From a virus (taxonomy: Duplodnaviria; Caudoviricetes): a stretch of 64,000 nt of DNA. Below are positions 9,295 through 19,317 of this stretch, piece after piece. The position numbers and the translations under genes are program-made. Within the stretch, counting starts at the first letter, position 1, and each line of letters opens with the position of its first letter. A model generated the notes under the pieces. The model searched no databases and was not told the DNA's origin. It saw nothing but the letters and a program-made list of their open reading frames with translations. The stretch covers positions 7,453 through 71,452 of IMG/VR virus record IMGVR_UViG_3300011923_000008. One strand, given 5' to 3'.

Positions 9295-9789
9295 ATGTTA
9301 GGCAACACAGCCAAAAAAAGAAATATTTTTATAGCAGCAAACCTAATAGGCATAGTGGCTATAACCTATTTTCATCCGCTGCTTAGAGTGGCGAACTTGC
9401 CGGTCACCGAATGGGCTTATTTGGCATCTCTGCCAATTGCTGCGGCAGCCATCTTTTTCGGGCTCTATGCGCTTGCATTCAGGAAGCGAGCACGCGGCGG
9501 CTGGCCTACCGGATTTTTGGTTTTGGCGTGGCTGTTTGCGTTGTCCAACTTGGCTATGCCTGCGCGCACCACCGAACCCAATCCGGTGCTGCAAGGCCAT
9601 TGGACGCAAGAGAGCACTCGCAGCGCAAGCAAAGGACCATGGCTTGAATTCTCGCCATCTGGTTCACGCTTTTGTCGTGCACCAGATGGCACCATAGTGA
9701 CGGTGTACCCACCAGGCGTGAAGCCAGAAGCCTCGACAGCTGACCCGGCCTGTCTGATTGCCAGTGTGGTCAGTGTCGAGCAGCTGTGA
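9295..9789 (+). CDS. Membrane moron protein, about three TM helices plus C-terminal soluble domain with two Cys
   Basis: AGGAGG SD then ATG 9295 (MLGNTAKKRNIFIAANLIGIVAITY); opposite strand to late genes; stop abuts stop of convergent gene. Confidence 0.8.
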   Translation: MLGNTAKKRNIFIAANLIGIVAITYFHPLLRVANLPVTEWAYLASLPIAAAAIFFGLYALAFRKRARGGWPTGFLVLAWLFALSNLAMPARTTEPNPVLQGHWTQESTRSASKGPWLEFSPSGSRFCRAPDGTIVTVYPPGVKPEASTADPACLIASVVSVEQL

Positions 9790-11793
9790 TTACACCTTTT
9801 CCCAGTTGCCTTGGTCGTTCGGATTGCCGCCCTTGTAACGGTACCCATTGCGGGTATCCCCAATTTTGGGAACGCCTGCGGCTGCTTGCGCTGATGCACC
9901 TGTGTCTGCACGCTCAACCTGCCCTGTCTGGGTGTTGTAACGGTAGATGCTGCCCTCGCTGGTGGAACCATCTGGGTTCTTCGTGGCGGGCGTAACCTGC
10001 ACCTTCCAGGGCGAATCCGCCTGTTTGCCAGACAGATCGCGGATTTGCTGGGCCACGGCTGCTTTCTCCTCTGGGGTCTTGGCAGCGTCGTAGCGCTTGG
10101 CCAAGTCTTCACGGCGCGTCGCATCACGGATGTCAAAACCGCGCACCTGGGTGTCCAGATTCAGACGGCCCTGGTCGACAGCATTTCGAGCGTTCGCGCG
10201 GCCAGTCTCCCCGGTTTCGCGCATGACCGCACGCCCAGTGTCGCCTGCCTCGCGCATTGCGGCAATGCCCGCGCTGGTTTCGTTCTGCATGCTCGTCTGC
10301 GCCAGCGCGGTAGCGTTGCGCTCGGCGGCTTGCTGGGCCTGCGATTCCTGGTTCATCAGTGCCTGGACCCCATTGCGCTGGGCAGCGGTGAGGCCGCGCG
10401 CGCCGGGCACCACCGTGGTCAAGGCGGACATCAGGTCGCTGCGCTCACGTGAGTTCGAGGCCTCCGGGCCAATAACGCCCGACCAGCCCGCTTGGGCACC
10501 TGGGGCAAAGCCGCGAGCGCTCTGCCCGGCTGCAATACGGGCAACGGACTCCTGTTCAGAACGCTGGGCCAGCGCGTCGGCGGCGGCCATGTTTCGTGGC
10601 GACGGAAGGCCGCGCGTCTGTGCACCAGCATTGGCCGCTGCTGGTGAATCGCCATAGCTGTTGCCACTGCGGTAAACGCCCGGCATAACCTGTGCTGCTT
10701 CTGGCGGCGCTGGCGGCACAAACCCCGGCAATCCTGCCACGGTGGGCACCGCATTTGGATTTGCCAGTGGTGGGTTGACAGAGCCCCGGCCAGCACCGGC
10801 GGGCGAAGGAGTGACCCCGGCTGGCAGCGGCTGCTGGCCTGGCACCGGTGGCTTGGCGGCGGCCGCTTGCTGCATGCGCTTTTGATCGGTGAATGGGGTC
10901 ATGCTCGCTGGATCGACACCATCTGGCACGAGCTTGGGGCTCAGGTAGGCCGCATCGAGACCTGCCGCGCGCATGGGGCGAACAACCGCACTGTCATAGG
11001 CGCCGACCAAACCACGCGGCACCATGGTCGCTACGTCGGCGATGGCCCGGCCGGCGTCATTGCTCACATCCTTGACGGTATCCCAGGCCGACCCGATAGC
11101 TGCGCGATCGGCTTGGGCCTGCGGCGATACAGCTGGTGGAGCTGCAGGTGGAGACGCTGCGGTGGCCGCCGCTGCCGCGGGCGCGCCGCTTGCGCCACTG
11201 CCCCCCTGCAGACGGTTGCCTGGGAAAGTGTTGCTTGGGGACGGTGCGGCGGTGGGAGCTGGCAAACCTGCCGGGCGCGGCGCCGGCGCACCAACCTGGG
11301 TGGTGCCGGGTGTGGACACAGCTGCGGCCGAGTCGCCGAAGCTGTTGGCGCGCCGTTTTTCATCGTCGACAAGCCCACCGTCTGCAAAAAACAAAGGCGG
11401 TTCCGGATTCTGGGGCGCGCCCAGCACGCCAGGGGCGAAGCCACGGGCAGTGGTGGGAGTATGAGTCGCGTTCTTGACCTGGTCCAGCGCCTGGACGCCA
11501 ACCGCATGCACCTGCTCGGGTGGCAGCTTGAACTCGCCATTGCTCAGCTGCACTGGCACGCCGCTGCCCTTTTGTGCGGCCTTGGCCGGCACAAAGCCGC
11601 GCGGCGCGCCACCCATAACCTCCAACTGCTGCTCACCCACGGCCTGGGTGCTGTCGGCCGGCATGATGTAGGTTCCATTCGGTACCTCGTCAGCAACCTC
11701 GTCCGAGGTGCCGGTGCCGGGCCCACGCACTGGGCCCCCATTTGCAAATGGTTTTGCGGTTTTGGACTTCGCCGCAGGTTGAAAGCCTCGCAT
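9790..11793 (-). CDS. Internal virion (ejection) protein, 667 aa
   Basis: AGGAGG SD before ATG 11793; GGPVRGPGTGTSD motif, A/P/Q-rich body, C-terminal GYRYKGGNPNDQGNWEKV; sits directly upstream of the giant gene. Confidence 0.75.
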   Translation of the reverse strand: MRGFQPAAKSKTAKPFANGGPVRGPGTGTSDEVADEVPNGTYIMPADSTQAVGEQQLEVMGGAPRGFVPAKAAQKGSGVPVQLSNGEFKLPPEQVHAVGVQALDQVKNATHTPTTARGFAPGVLGAPQNPEPPLFFADGGLVDDEKRRANSFGDSAAAVSTPGTTQVGAPAPRPAGLPAPTAAPSPSNTFPGNRLQGGSGASGAPAAAAATAASPPAAPPAVSPQAQADRAAIGSAWDTVKDVSNDAGRAIADVATMVPRGLVGAYDSAVVRPMRAAGLDAAYLSPKLVPDGVDPASMTPFTDQKRMQQAAAAKPPVPGQQPLPAGVTPSPAGAGRGSVNPPLANPNAVPTVAGLPGFVPPAPPEAAQVMPGVYRSGNSYGDSPAAANAGAQTRGLPSPRNMAAADALAQRSEQESVARIAAGQSARGFAPGAQAGWSGVIGPEASNSRERSDLMSALTTVVPGARGLTAAQRNGVQALMNQESQAQQAAERNATALAQTSMQNETSAGIAAMREAGDTGRAVMRETGETGRANARNAVDQGRLNLDTQVRGFDIRDATRREDLAKRYDAAKTPEEKAAVAQQIRDLSGKQADSPWKVQVTPATKNPDGSTSEGSIYRYNTQTGQVERADTGASAQAAAGVPKIGDTRNGYRYKGGNPNDQGNWEKV

Positions 11794-11820
11794 GGAGCCT
11801 CCTAAATTCAAGTTCTGGAC

Positions 11821-11862
11821 ATTTTTAAGGCCTGGACTGAGACGGCCAAGCCCTATACAGGC
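11821..11862 (-). promoter_or_regulatory. Late promoter copy 2
   Basis: GCCTGTATAGGGCTTG-N20-AAAAAT, followed by a leader with SD. Confidence 0.7.
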
Positions 11863-13761
11863 TCAGTAGCTGTAGCTGTGGGTCGTGCTGGTGCTTGTGC
11901 TCTTGCTTTCGCTGTAGCTGTTGCTATTGCTTCCCGAACCGCTGACGCTGGCCGATACATGCATGGCCGAATAAGCCCCGGCGGCCAGTTGTGCACCCCA
12001 GGTGCCCATGGCCTTGGAGCCCTCCAGTGTGATTTGTGCCTGTTGGTAGGAGCGCTGGGACAGCGCGTTGTAGTGGCCAAGCTTCATTTCCGAGTAGGCA
12101 ATGTTTGTGCGCACGGCCATATCGGCGTACTTGCTCTGCACTTCCGCCTCGGCGATGCCAAGGCTGGTGAGGGCGCGAAAGCCGTCCACCTGGCTGCGGA
12201 AAACCTCTGCGCCATATTGCAGCTGCTGCAGGGATGCGCCAACCTTTTCACGGAACCCGCCCCATTCGGTTTGGTACTTCGCCAGCCAGATCCGTGCCGC
12301 CTCCATCTTGACCTGGGCCCCCTTGAAGCGAATTTCGCTCTTGCTAGCAATGGCGCCGACGGTCGCTGCATACGCTCGCGACTGGGACTCCAGCATGCCC
12401 GCCTTCGCCTCTTCAGCTTTCACTTGGCTACTGTAGGCATCAAACTTCACTTTTTCAGCGCCGATCTGCTCAGCAAATGCCTGAACGTCGGCCCTGTAAG
12501 CGTCAAACTGGTTTTTGATGACATCGGCCTGCACCTGTGCGCCTCGCATCAGGCTGGAGTAAATCTCGGTGGCCGCCTGCACGCCTTGGAACTTGGCCTT
12601 GTAGACCTCGACCTTTTGCTGGTTGAGCTGGCCAATGGTGGCCAGCCCCTCCAGATGGGTCTTGAAGGCCTGCAGTTTCGCCAGCGCACCGTCGAGCTTG
12701 GTGCGGTAGACCTGGGCCAGCGTGCTGAATGCTGCGGTCTTCGCGTTGAACAGGCCAATATGGGCGTTGTACAGGCTGATCTGCGATTCCGCCTCGAAAC
12801 GAGCCATCTCAAACAGCCGCTTGGCGGTGTTCTCGAACAGGTTCTGCAGCAGTTGCTCCAAGGCCATGCCCTGCGTCACAGCGAAGCGCAGATTCTCTAT
12901 CTCCATCTGAGCAGCCTGGACGAAGACTTCGCGGTTGGTTTCCGCCGCTTTAAGTCGGCCCTGCTCGCGGATCACGCTGGCCGCTTTGGTGAGCATGCCT
13001 GGGGGCATGGAGAAGCCGCGGCCTGCCCATACATCCACAGCCTCCTGCACTCCCCGGCTTGTTTCAGCGCTGTCGCGCTCACGCGCCCGAGAAAAAAGGG
13101 CATCCTCAACTGCTGGCGGCAGGCCTGTGCCGCCCTCCATCATTCGCTGAACCTGCGCCACCAAGTCATCCAGCAGTTCAGACTCGTACTTGGGCTCCGA
13201 CCAGTTGATGAACACGTTGGGCACAACAATGCCGTCGGCGTTGGGCGGATTGCCATCGAAATCAGGCAAATCGGGGAAGATGAAATCAGGGACCTTGATC
13301 ACCTCCAAAGCCTCAAGCTCGGGAAGGACGATGCTGGGCGCCTCGGGCATCTCGATGGCTGTGTCGATGCTGGGCCGCTGGGGCGCCGGAATGATGGCCA
13401 TGCTAGGCGCTGCTGGCACGGTGAGCGCCGGCATGGCTGGTGCATCTGGCAGCGCGTCCATGTCGCCGACATCCAAATTGGATAGCAGCGCATCAATGTT
13501 GCGAAGCGTGGGGTCTGACGGCATCGCCAGTACGCTGGGGGAGAAGCTGGGAGCGGCGCCAGCCTTGATCGCCGGTGCTGACAGCACGGGAATATCCAGC
13601 AGCTGCGGATCGGCCACCCCGACCATCCGTACATCCGCAATTTTGCTCATGCTCTCTTCCAAGGCGGCCTGGTGCTCACCGGCCTGGTCCTTGAAATACT
13701 GCATCTTGTCGGTAACTTCCTCGATGGCCGTGGCCATCGCGTTTGGTGCATCGGTAGCCAT
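11863..13761 (-). CDS. Virion structural protein, Pro-rich N-half, coiled-coil C-half, Ser/Thr-rich tail
   Basis: ATG 13761 overlaps upstream stop (TGATG); long clean ORF in tail block. Confidence 0.75.
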   Translation of the reverse strand: MATDAPNAMATAIEEVTDKMQYFKDQAGEHQAALEESMSKIADVRMVGVADPQLLDIPVLSAPAIKAGAAPSFSPSVLAMPSDPTLRNIDALLSNLDVGDMDALPDAPAMPALTVPAAPSMAIIPAPQRPSIDTAIEMPEAPSIVLPELEALEVIKVPDFIFPDLPDFDGNPPNADGIVVPNVFINWSEPKYESELLDDLVAQVQRMMEGGTGLPPAVEDALFSRARERDSAETSRGVQEAVDVWAGRGFSMPPGMLTKAASVIREQGRLKAAETNREVFVQAAQMEIENLRFAVTQGMALEQLLQNLFENTAKRLFEMARFEAESQISLYNAHIGLFNAKTAAFSTLAQVYRTKLDGALAKLQAFKTHLEGLATIGQLNQQKVEVYKAKFQGVQAATEIYSSLMRGAQVQADVIKNQFDAYRADVQAFAEQIGAEKVKFDAYSSQVKAEEAKAGMLESQSRAYAATVGAIASKSEIRFKGAQVKMEAARIWLAKYQTEWGGFREKVGASLQQLQYGAEVFRSQVDGFRALTSLGIAEAEVQSKYADMAVRTNIAYSEMKLGHYNALSQRSYQQAQITLEGSKAMGTWGAQLAAGAYSAMHVSASVSGSGSNSNSYSESKSTSTSTTHSYSY

Positions 13762-14921
13762 CAGATACTCCTTTTGCTGACGAGTGCCAGCACTTTCCAA
13801 TCATTGATATAGGCACTGCTGCCCGTCAGGCGCAGGGTGTAAGCAAAGTGGCGGCCGAGCAGTCCTCTGCCAAACTCGAACCGTGCGTTGGTAAGGGCAT
13901 CAGCCACTGGCCGGCCCTTGAGTGGGTAGGTGTAGGTGACCGGCCTGCCCGACTGCGTCTGGGTCACGCCCATGGTCGCGGTGCCTGCGAGCTGATATTC
14001 AATGTGCGACTCGACCGGCAGGCCCAGGTTCTGGCCCGTCATGTCAATGAGGCCCGTGCGAACTTCTGCCACCATCTGCTCACCACCACCATCCAGGGCG
14101 TAGACGCCATCGAGCGTGGTGGCATATAGCGCCCCATCGATAACAGCCAAACCGTTGACGCCGAAAGGTGCCCATCGGCTCATTGCCATGTTATTCAGGT
14201 GCGCTGTCCATGCCTGGCCCAGAATCACGCCAGGTGTGAGCACCTCGTCGTCTGCGCTGGCCCAGTCTTCAACCAGCTGAACAGCGTGCAGGTGGTCGAC
14301 AACTTCATCCACAGCGATGGCGCTATCAACCACCAGAAACACAGCCGGCCTTACCCCGCCTAGCACCAAATCGCTCGCGACGGCAATGTCTTCAACCAAC
14401 GAAACGATGCGGGCTCGGCCAAGGACTTCATCACCAGCAGTGGCGCTGTCAGTCACCAGGTCGGAGAAGATGACAAATGCGCGATCACTGGCAACAGCTT
14501 TGTCGCTCACCAGTTGGACGACGGTACGCTGGGCGATCACTTCGTCACTGGCCGTGGCCGTATCGGTGATCAGCGTGAGGGTGGTCCCCAGCACCTCATC
14601 GCTGGGAATGACAGTGTCTTCAATCAGGGTGCGCAGAATCCCAACCACTTGGTCGCCTGCTACCGCGCTATCCACCAGCAAGGTGACGGCATGCAAGGTC
14701 TGCAGGCATTCATCGCTTGCGACAGCGACATCTGCTATCAAGGTGACTGTCTTTTCCAGCACCTGATCGCTGGCCGTGGCGCTGTCCGTGACGAGGAAGC
14801 CCACTGTCGTGAACACCTGGTCGCTGGCAATGGTGCGGTCGTCTATAACGCTGTAGAGCCGGATAAAAACACTGTCGGTAACAATGGCCGTGTCTTGAAG
14901 GTCATCGCGGTATTCACTCAT
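13761..14921 (-). CDS. Tail protein with about 12 tandem D-x-A-x-A-S-D-x-V repeats
   Basis: 386-aa ORF coupled to neighbours; repeats such as LVTDSATASDQV, LITDTATASDEV. Confidence 0.8.
   Translation of the reverse strand: MSEYRDDLQDTAIVTDSVFIRLYSVIDDRTIASDQVFTTVGFLVTDSATASDQVLEKTVTLIADVAVASDECLQTLHAVTLLVDSAVAGDQVVGILRTLIEDTVIPSDEVLGTTLTLITDTATASDEVIAQRTVVQLVSDKAVASDRAFVIFSDLVTDSATAGDEVLGRARIVSLVEDIAVASDLVLGGVRPAVFLVVDSAIAVDEVVDHLHAVQLVEDWASADDEVLTPGVILGQAWTAHLNNMAMSRWAPFGVNGLAVIDGALYATTLDGVYALDGGGEQMVAEVRTGLIDMTGQNLGLPVESHIEYQLAGTATMGVTQTQSGRPVTYTYPLKGRPVADALTNARFEFGRGLLGRHFAYTLRLTGSSAYINDWKVLALVSKRSI
14250..14900 (-). repeat. Tandem 18-21 aa coding repeats
   Basis: Recurring L(I/V)xDxAxASDxV units in the translation; boundaries approximate. 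Confidence 0.75.
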
Positions 14922-17460
14922 TGATGACTCCTATGAAATGGTGAGCACTTTGGTGGTCGGCGAGCCGGCAATAGCCAAAATGCTTGCGCCGGCCTGCGCT
15001 GTCTCGCTCATCCAAATTGGCATAAATCGATTTGCCCGCCGCATTGCGGACTGCATCCACGTAGAAAAACACCCCTTGGTTGTTGGGCGAGCTCATGAAA
15101 TAGCTCTCGCTCACCTTGTCGGCAACGCGCTCGGGCCGGTCATAGATGCTGAAATCCAGTCTGGCCTTGGGGTCGAACTCCTCCAGGACATCCGTCTTCC
15201 GCGTCACAAAGGGTGGCGGCGCGCCACCGCCGGACAAGGTGACCCCGCCACCCTTTTCCAAGTAGGTGACGATGGGGGTCACGTCTTGCAGTGGGTTGAG
15301 CCAGGGGCCGGTGTCGGAGAAGCCGCCCACCAGGGCCTGGTTGAGCAGTTCGCGCTCCGCCCAGACGGGATTGCCGTCCTTGGGGAAGTAGCCCTTGGTC
15401 GGGTAAGTGGGCCCATTCGTCCAGTGCGAGCCCGAATCGAAGGTCCAAATGTCATAGGTGTATGGGTCGATCAGCGAATACATGTCGGAGCGCTTCTCCT
15501 GCCGCACCGAACCGGCGGTTTCCTCGCGCCCATAGATCACCGCATCCCGGCAGAAGTACGGAACCGACACCGCCATGCGCTTGCTGCGGTCGAATGTCGT
15601 TTTGACCGCCTTGTCGTGGGAGTAGTAGCGCCACCTATACATCGTTCCAGTCATCGAAAAGAATGCGTGGAACGTGTAGTAAATCTCCCCATAGCCCTTA
15701 TCCTTGCCCACCAGCTTGGTGTTGATCTCGCTGGGCGCAATGGTTTCGCGCTCGTCTATGTCGGTGGTGTAGATCGAGCCAAGCACGCGGCTGTTGCCCA
15801 CGTACTCGGTCTGCTCCCAGGACCCGATGATCATCTCGTCCTCGAAATTGCCTTCTGTGACCCGCGCATACTCCCGTGGCTCGCCGAAGTGCTTCACCAC
15901 CTTAAGGTCCTGCCCGGTGTGATACGCGAAAACGATGGTGTCGCGCTTGGACTCTGGGCCTTCCCAGTGCTCCATGGGCTTGTCAGGGACGGTAAGCAGG
16001 CCCAGCTCGGGCAGCATGGGCTCGGCGAATTTGATGCCAGAGTTCAGCAACCAGCCTCGGTTGGTTTGCACCACATTGCCTCGGTGGCTGGCCATAGGGG
16101 CCATTTCCAGGTCGCGCCAGTAGGCATATTCGGCATCGGCGTCCCTGCCAGCGCGCGAAAGCAGTTCAGACGCAGAGACGCGGCGCAGCTTGTATTTCAC
16201 CGCTAGACCCTCGGCGCTGTCCGCGCGGGCCCGCTCGTAGATAGGCATCAGATAGCCGGTCAAACGCTGCTGCTCAATGGGGTCGTCTCGTGTCCAATCT
16301 TCCAAAAGCTTCCCATCAAACTGCGCGGCACCCAGACGCAGGGCCATCTTGTAGGTCAGCCCGTAGGCGAGCCCCACCCCCTCGTCGTAGTCATAGCAGG
16401 TGTTGTAGGCTTCACTCCCGCTCGCGTTAAAGCTCCAGCCGCATGCGCTGGAATATGCCAGGTGATCGTAGAAGTCTGCCGTGCCGCACACCTCAATTAC
16501 GACGCCCGCCCGCCGCCAGGCCTCAAACTCAGCCGTTGATTCCGGAAAGCCCTCACCCGACGGCATGCCGCCGAAGCGATCAAGCATCCACAGGATTTCT
16601 TCGTCCTGAACTACATCTTTTGCCCACTGCCGAAAGTGCTGGGTGGTGGTGGCCGGCACCAGCGGCAGCGGCATGGCGTAAACGCCTCTGGCGTTGACCT
16701 GCAGCAGCCAAGGTTTGCCTGCGTCATCGAAGCTCACACCGTGGCATTCGCTGTGACGGTAGCCAAAGCGCGTCTGGCCATTCTTTGGCGGAATACCTGT
16801 AAAACCCGGTAAGCGCAGATTCACCAGTTCCTTGTCAATGAGGTCCTGCACCTTGGCTGGAAGAGTTAGCTTTGCCCGCTCCAAAGGGGTATCTGGCAAC
16901 TTGTCGAAGTCCTGGCGGCCGAAGCCACCAGCAATTTGAACCACCTCCGCCATTGCGCCGGAATACCACGTCGCCCGCAGACGCATGTACTGCGTCTCGG
17001 TATATGCCGTGGGTGTTTTGGGCTCCAGCTCCTTAAAGCGTGGGCCATACTGAATCACGAAGCGCTGCAGCGCCAGATGGCCCGGCGCCAGCTGCTCGCC
17101 ATACCCCCCCAGGCGCTTGCGCGTCTGCTCGGTCACGTCCATCTCCACTGACTCACCCTCAAGCACCCGCGCTTTGGTGATAACTCCGGAAAATGGCATT
17201 GGGATGTAGGACTTTGCAAGGCCATCGGATTCATCGGTCGGAGGTGGGTTTTCGGGCAACTGCACGATCACCTTGACAATGCCGCCCATATCGATGGCCG
17301 TGGCTATGCCCCCGCTTGGCAGCGCGCGGGTCATCTTTAAGCTATCGAGGCCAGATAGGGTTTTGATGTTGACGAGCCGGCGCATAAGCGCCTCGACAGC
17401 TGCCGCATCTTCGCCCTGTGGCTCGGCCCCAAAAAGGCCGTACGGGCGTGCCTGATGCAT
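14914..17460 (-). CDS. Large virion/tail protein, 848 aa
   Basis: Long ORF, aromatic and beta-rich, coupled within tail operon. Confidence 0.75.
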   Translation of the reverse strand: MHQARPYGLFGAEPQGEDAAAVEALMRRLVNIKTLSGLDSLKMTRALPSGGIATAIDMGGIVKVIVQLPENPPPTDESDGLAKSYIPMPFSGVITKARVLEGESVEMDVTEQTRKRLGGYGEQLAPGHLALQRFVIQYGPRFKELEPKTPTAYTETQYMRLRATWYSGAMAEVVQIAGGFGRQDFDKLPDTPLERAKLTLPAKVQDLIDKELVNLRLPGFTGIPPKNGQTRFGYRHSECHGVSFDDAGKPWLLQVNARGVYAMPLPLVPATTTQHFRQWAKDVVQDEEILWMLDRFGGMPSGEGFPESTAEFEAWRRAGVVIEVCGTADFYDHLAYSSACGWSFNASGSEAYNTCYDYDEGVGLAYGLTYKMALRLGAAQFDGKLLEDWTRDDPIEQQRLTGYLMPIYERARADSAEGLAVKYKLRRVSASELLSRAGRDADAEYAYWRDLEMAPMASHRGNVVQTNRGWLLNSGIKFAEPMLPELGLLTVPDKPMEHWEGPESKRDTIVFAYHTGQDLKVVKHFGEPREYARVTEGNFEDEMIIGSWEQTEYVGNSRVLGSIYTTDIDERETIAPSEINTKLVGKDKGYGEIYYTFHAFFSMTGTMYRWRYYSHDKAVKTTFDRSKRMAVSVPYFCRDAVIYGREETAGSVRQEKRSDMYSLIDPYTYDIWTFDSGSHWTNGPTYPTKGYFPKDGNPVWAERELLNQALVGGFSDTGPWLNPLQDVTPIVTYLEKGGGVTLSGGGAPPPFVTRKTDVLEEFDPKARLDFSIYDRPERVADKVSESYFMSSPNNQGVFFYVDAVRNAAGKSIYANLDERDSAGRRKHFGYCRLADHQSAHHFIGVINE

Positions 17461-17463
17461 CGC

Positions 17464-18060
17464 TTAGCCGCCGGGAGGCGTCAGGGAGATGCGGTAGCCG
17501 AGATCCCAGGTATCACCATTCTGGAAAGTTCGCGCCACTGGGAACAGAGTTGCCGACAGAAGAGCGCCAGTCACACCACCGCGTTGGCTGTTCGTCATCA
17601 CAGCCGCACCGGTGACATTCAACTGGCCGCTCGTGGCAATGGTCAGCTTGGCAGCCGCTGTCATGTTGTCGATGCTGTTGGTCGCTGTCTTGACAGGCGT
17701 CCAGACAGGACGGGTCGCACCGGTGTGGCCCTCGGTCTGGCTGACGATTTCATTGGCCACAGCTGCATAGGTTGCAGCAGTCCAATTGGGCATCGGGGCG
17801 GCCGATCCAGAAGAAATGGCCAGGTAGTGGCCCGCTGGCTTGGCCGTACCAGGATCCAGCGCGACGTTGAGCAGCTGCGCCAAGCCTTCAACCGGGATCA
17901 GGTTGGGAGTGATTTCCCAGTTACCACCATTGGTGCGGTCGAAATACTCACCAGAGGCCATAACGCCTTGGTGGGGGAAGTAGATGCCTTCGCCCGTGAT
18001 GTCGAAACGGTCGCGGCGCAGATCATGCGCAAGCGCTTTGCGCAGGTTGTGGTTGTGCAT
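17464..18060 (-). CDS. Tail structural protein, 198 aa
   Basis: AGGAG SD before ATG 18060; T/A/G-rich beta-type sequence. Confidence 0.75.
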   Translation of the reverse strand: MHNHNLRKALAHDLRRDRFDITGEGIYFPHQGVMASGEYFDRTNGGNWEITPNLIPVEGLAQLLNVALDPGTAKPAGHYLAISSGSAAPMPNWTAATYAAVANEIVSQTEGHTGATRPVWTPVKTATNSIDNMTAAAKLTIATSGQLNVTGAAVMTNSQRGGVTGALLSATLFPVARTFQNGDTWDLGYRISLTPPGG

Positions 18061-18114
18061 GGGAACTCCTTGGTGGTTGAACCAAGGCGCACTCATGCGC
18101 GCCGAATTGAGAAC

Positions 18115-19317
18115 TCAGGATACAGCGGTGGTCAGCCGACCTCCAAACACTATGCTGTGCGCGGTAGCCCCCTTGATGCCTTGGAGCCGCAGAGCGTGTT
18201 TCTCGACCACAGACCCATCTGGGGTTCCGAGAACATAGCCGTTATCAGCCAGCCAGACGCAGGCCGCCCCTCCGCCGCCAGCGATTTCCCCAGCTTCTTC
18301 CGCTTTGAGAGCGATCGCGCTGCCAGGCACTGGCGCCCGGGATGTCTTGCGGATCATTTCCAGCCCGTCTGGCGTTGAGCCAGCGAGAAATGCCACATGG
18401 TCGACCTGGCCTACCCATATCCCACCATCGACAGGCATCACAAACGTGATGCGCTGCGGCATTTGAACGAAGTCATGGCGTGGGTCATGGAGGTGGTACG
18501 CGAGCGCCTGCGAAAAGCGCAAAACATTAGAAGTGGCCGTCAATAGCCGCCCCCGCCACAGCCCCAGGTAGCGACCGGTTCGCATGGGCATCATGTGGGC
18601 GAACATAGCCGCGCGCCCCAGGCCTGACGTGCTGGAAATATCCAAATCCAGACGCGAGACTGGCAAATCTTCCAATCGCCGCAGCTCGCCACCATTGTGG
18701 CTGGTGCAGTAGACGCGCGTTGTGACGACAGACGCATCCATGCACAACGGCAGCACCAGGGATAGACCACCGCCATCAGGCACCTTCAATTCAGAGGCAG
18801 ATGACATACCAGACTCGGTACCGTCCTCTCGCACCCACGCAATGGCTACGCTGTATTGGCCGCTGACCAGCGCCCCCGTACCTGAGCTAACCATGGGTGG
18901 TGGTGGCGTCTCTATGGTCAGCGGCTGGGCGCTCTTGCCGTTGAACCGGAAGATACCGGCAGGCCCAGCCACCACCACCACATTGTTCAGAACGATGTGG
19001 CCGGGCGGATAGGCATCGCCCAGCTTCGCCAGCAACTCGCAACTCCAGTTTTTGGGGTCAACCTTCACCCAGTCCTCACCCAGCATCCCGAACACGTCGC
19101 GGTGAACAGGACTTTGCCAAAGCCCAGATAGCGGTTGGCTGGTTGCCCGCCGCAGGCCTGGCCGCATGCTCAGGCGGCCGGTTTCACTGATCGAAACGTT
19201 CAAGGCTTCCCGAACATAGAGCCGCCGATACTCGCCACCTACCTGCAGGGCATCATCGCGGGCCGAGGCGTTATCGATGCCTGCAAGGGGCATCATGGGA
19301 TAGGGTTTGGTTGCCAT
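18115..19317 (-). CDS. Tail protein, 400 aa (propeller/nozzle-like, inferred)
   Basis: Clean ORF in tail block; starts at upstream stop. Confidence 0.7.
   Translation of the reverse strand: MATKPYPMMPLAGIDNASARDDALQVGGEYRRLYVREALNVSISETGRLSMRPGLRRATSQPLSGLWQSPVHRDVFGMLGEDWVKVDPKNWSCELLAKLGDAYPPGHIVLNNVVVVAGPAGIFRFNGKSAQPLTIETPPPPMVSSGTGALVSGQYSVAIAWVREDGTESGMSSASELKVPDGGGLSLVLPLCMDASVVTTRVYCTSHNGGELRRLEDLPVSRLDLDISSTSGLGRAAMFAHMMPMRTGRYLGLWRGRLLTATSNVLRFSQALAYHLHDPRHDFVQMPQRITFVMPVDGGIWVGQVDHVAFLAGSTPDGLEMIRKTSRAPVPGSAIALKAEEAGEIAGGGGAACVWLADNGYVLGTPDGSVVEKHALRLQGIKGATAHSIVFGGRLTTAVS

Noticed and set aside
9790-11793. Tape-measure call from the GPGTGTSD motif
   Set aside because: Motif also occurs in ejected proteins; no tail tube or chaperone frameshift pair recognised.
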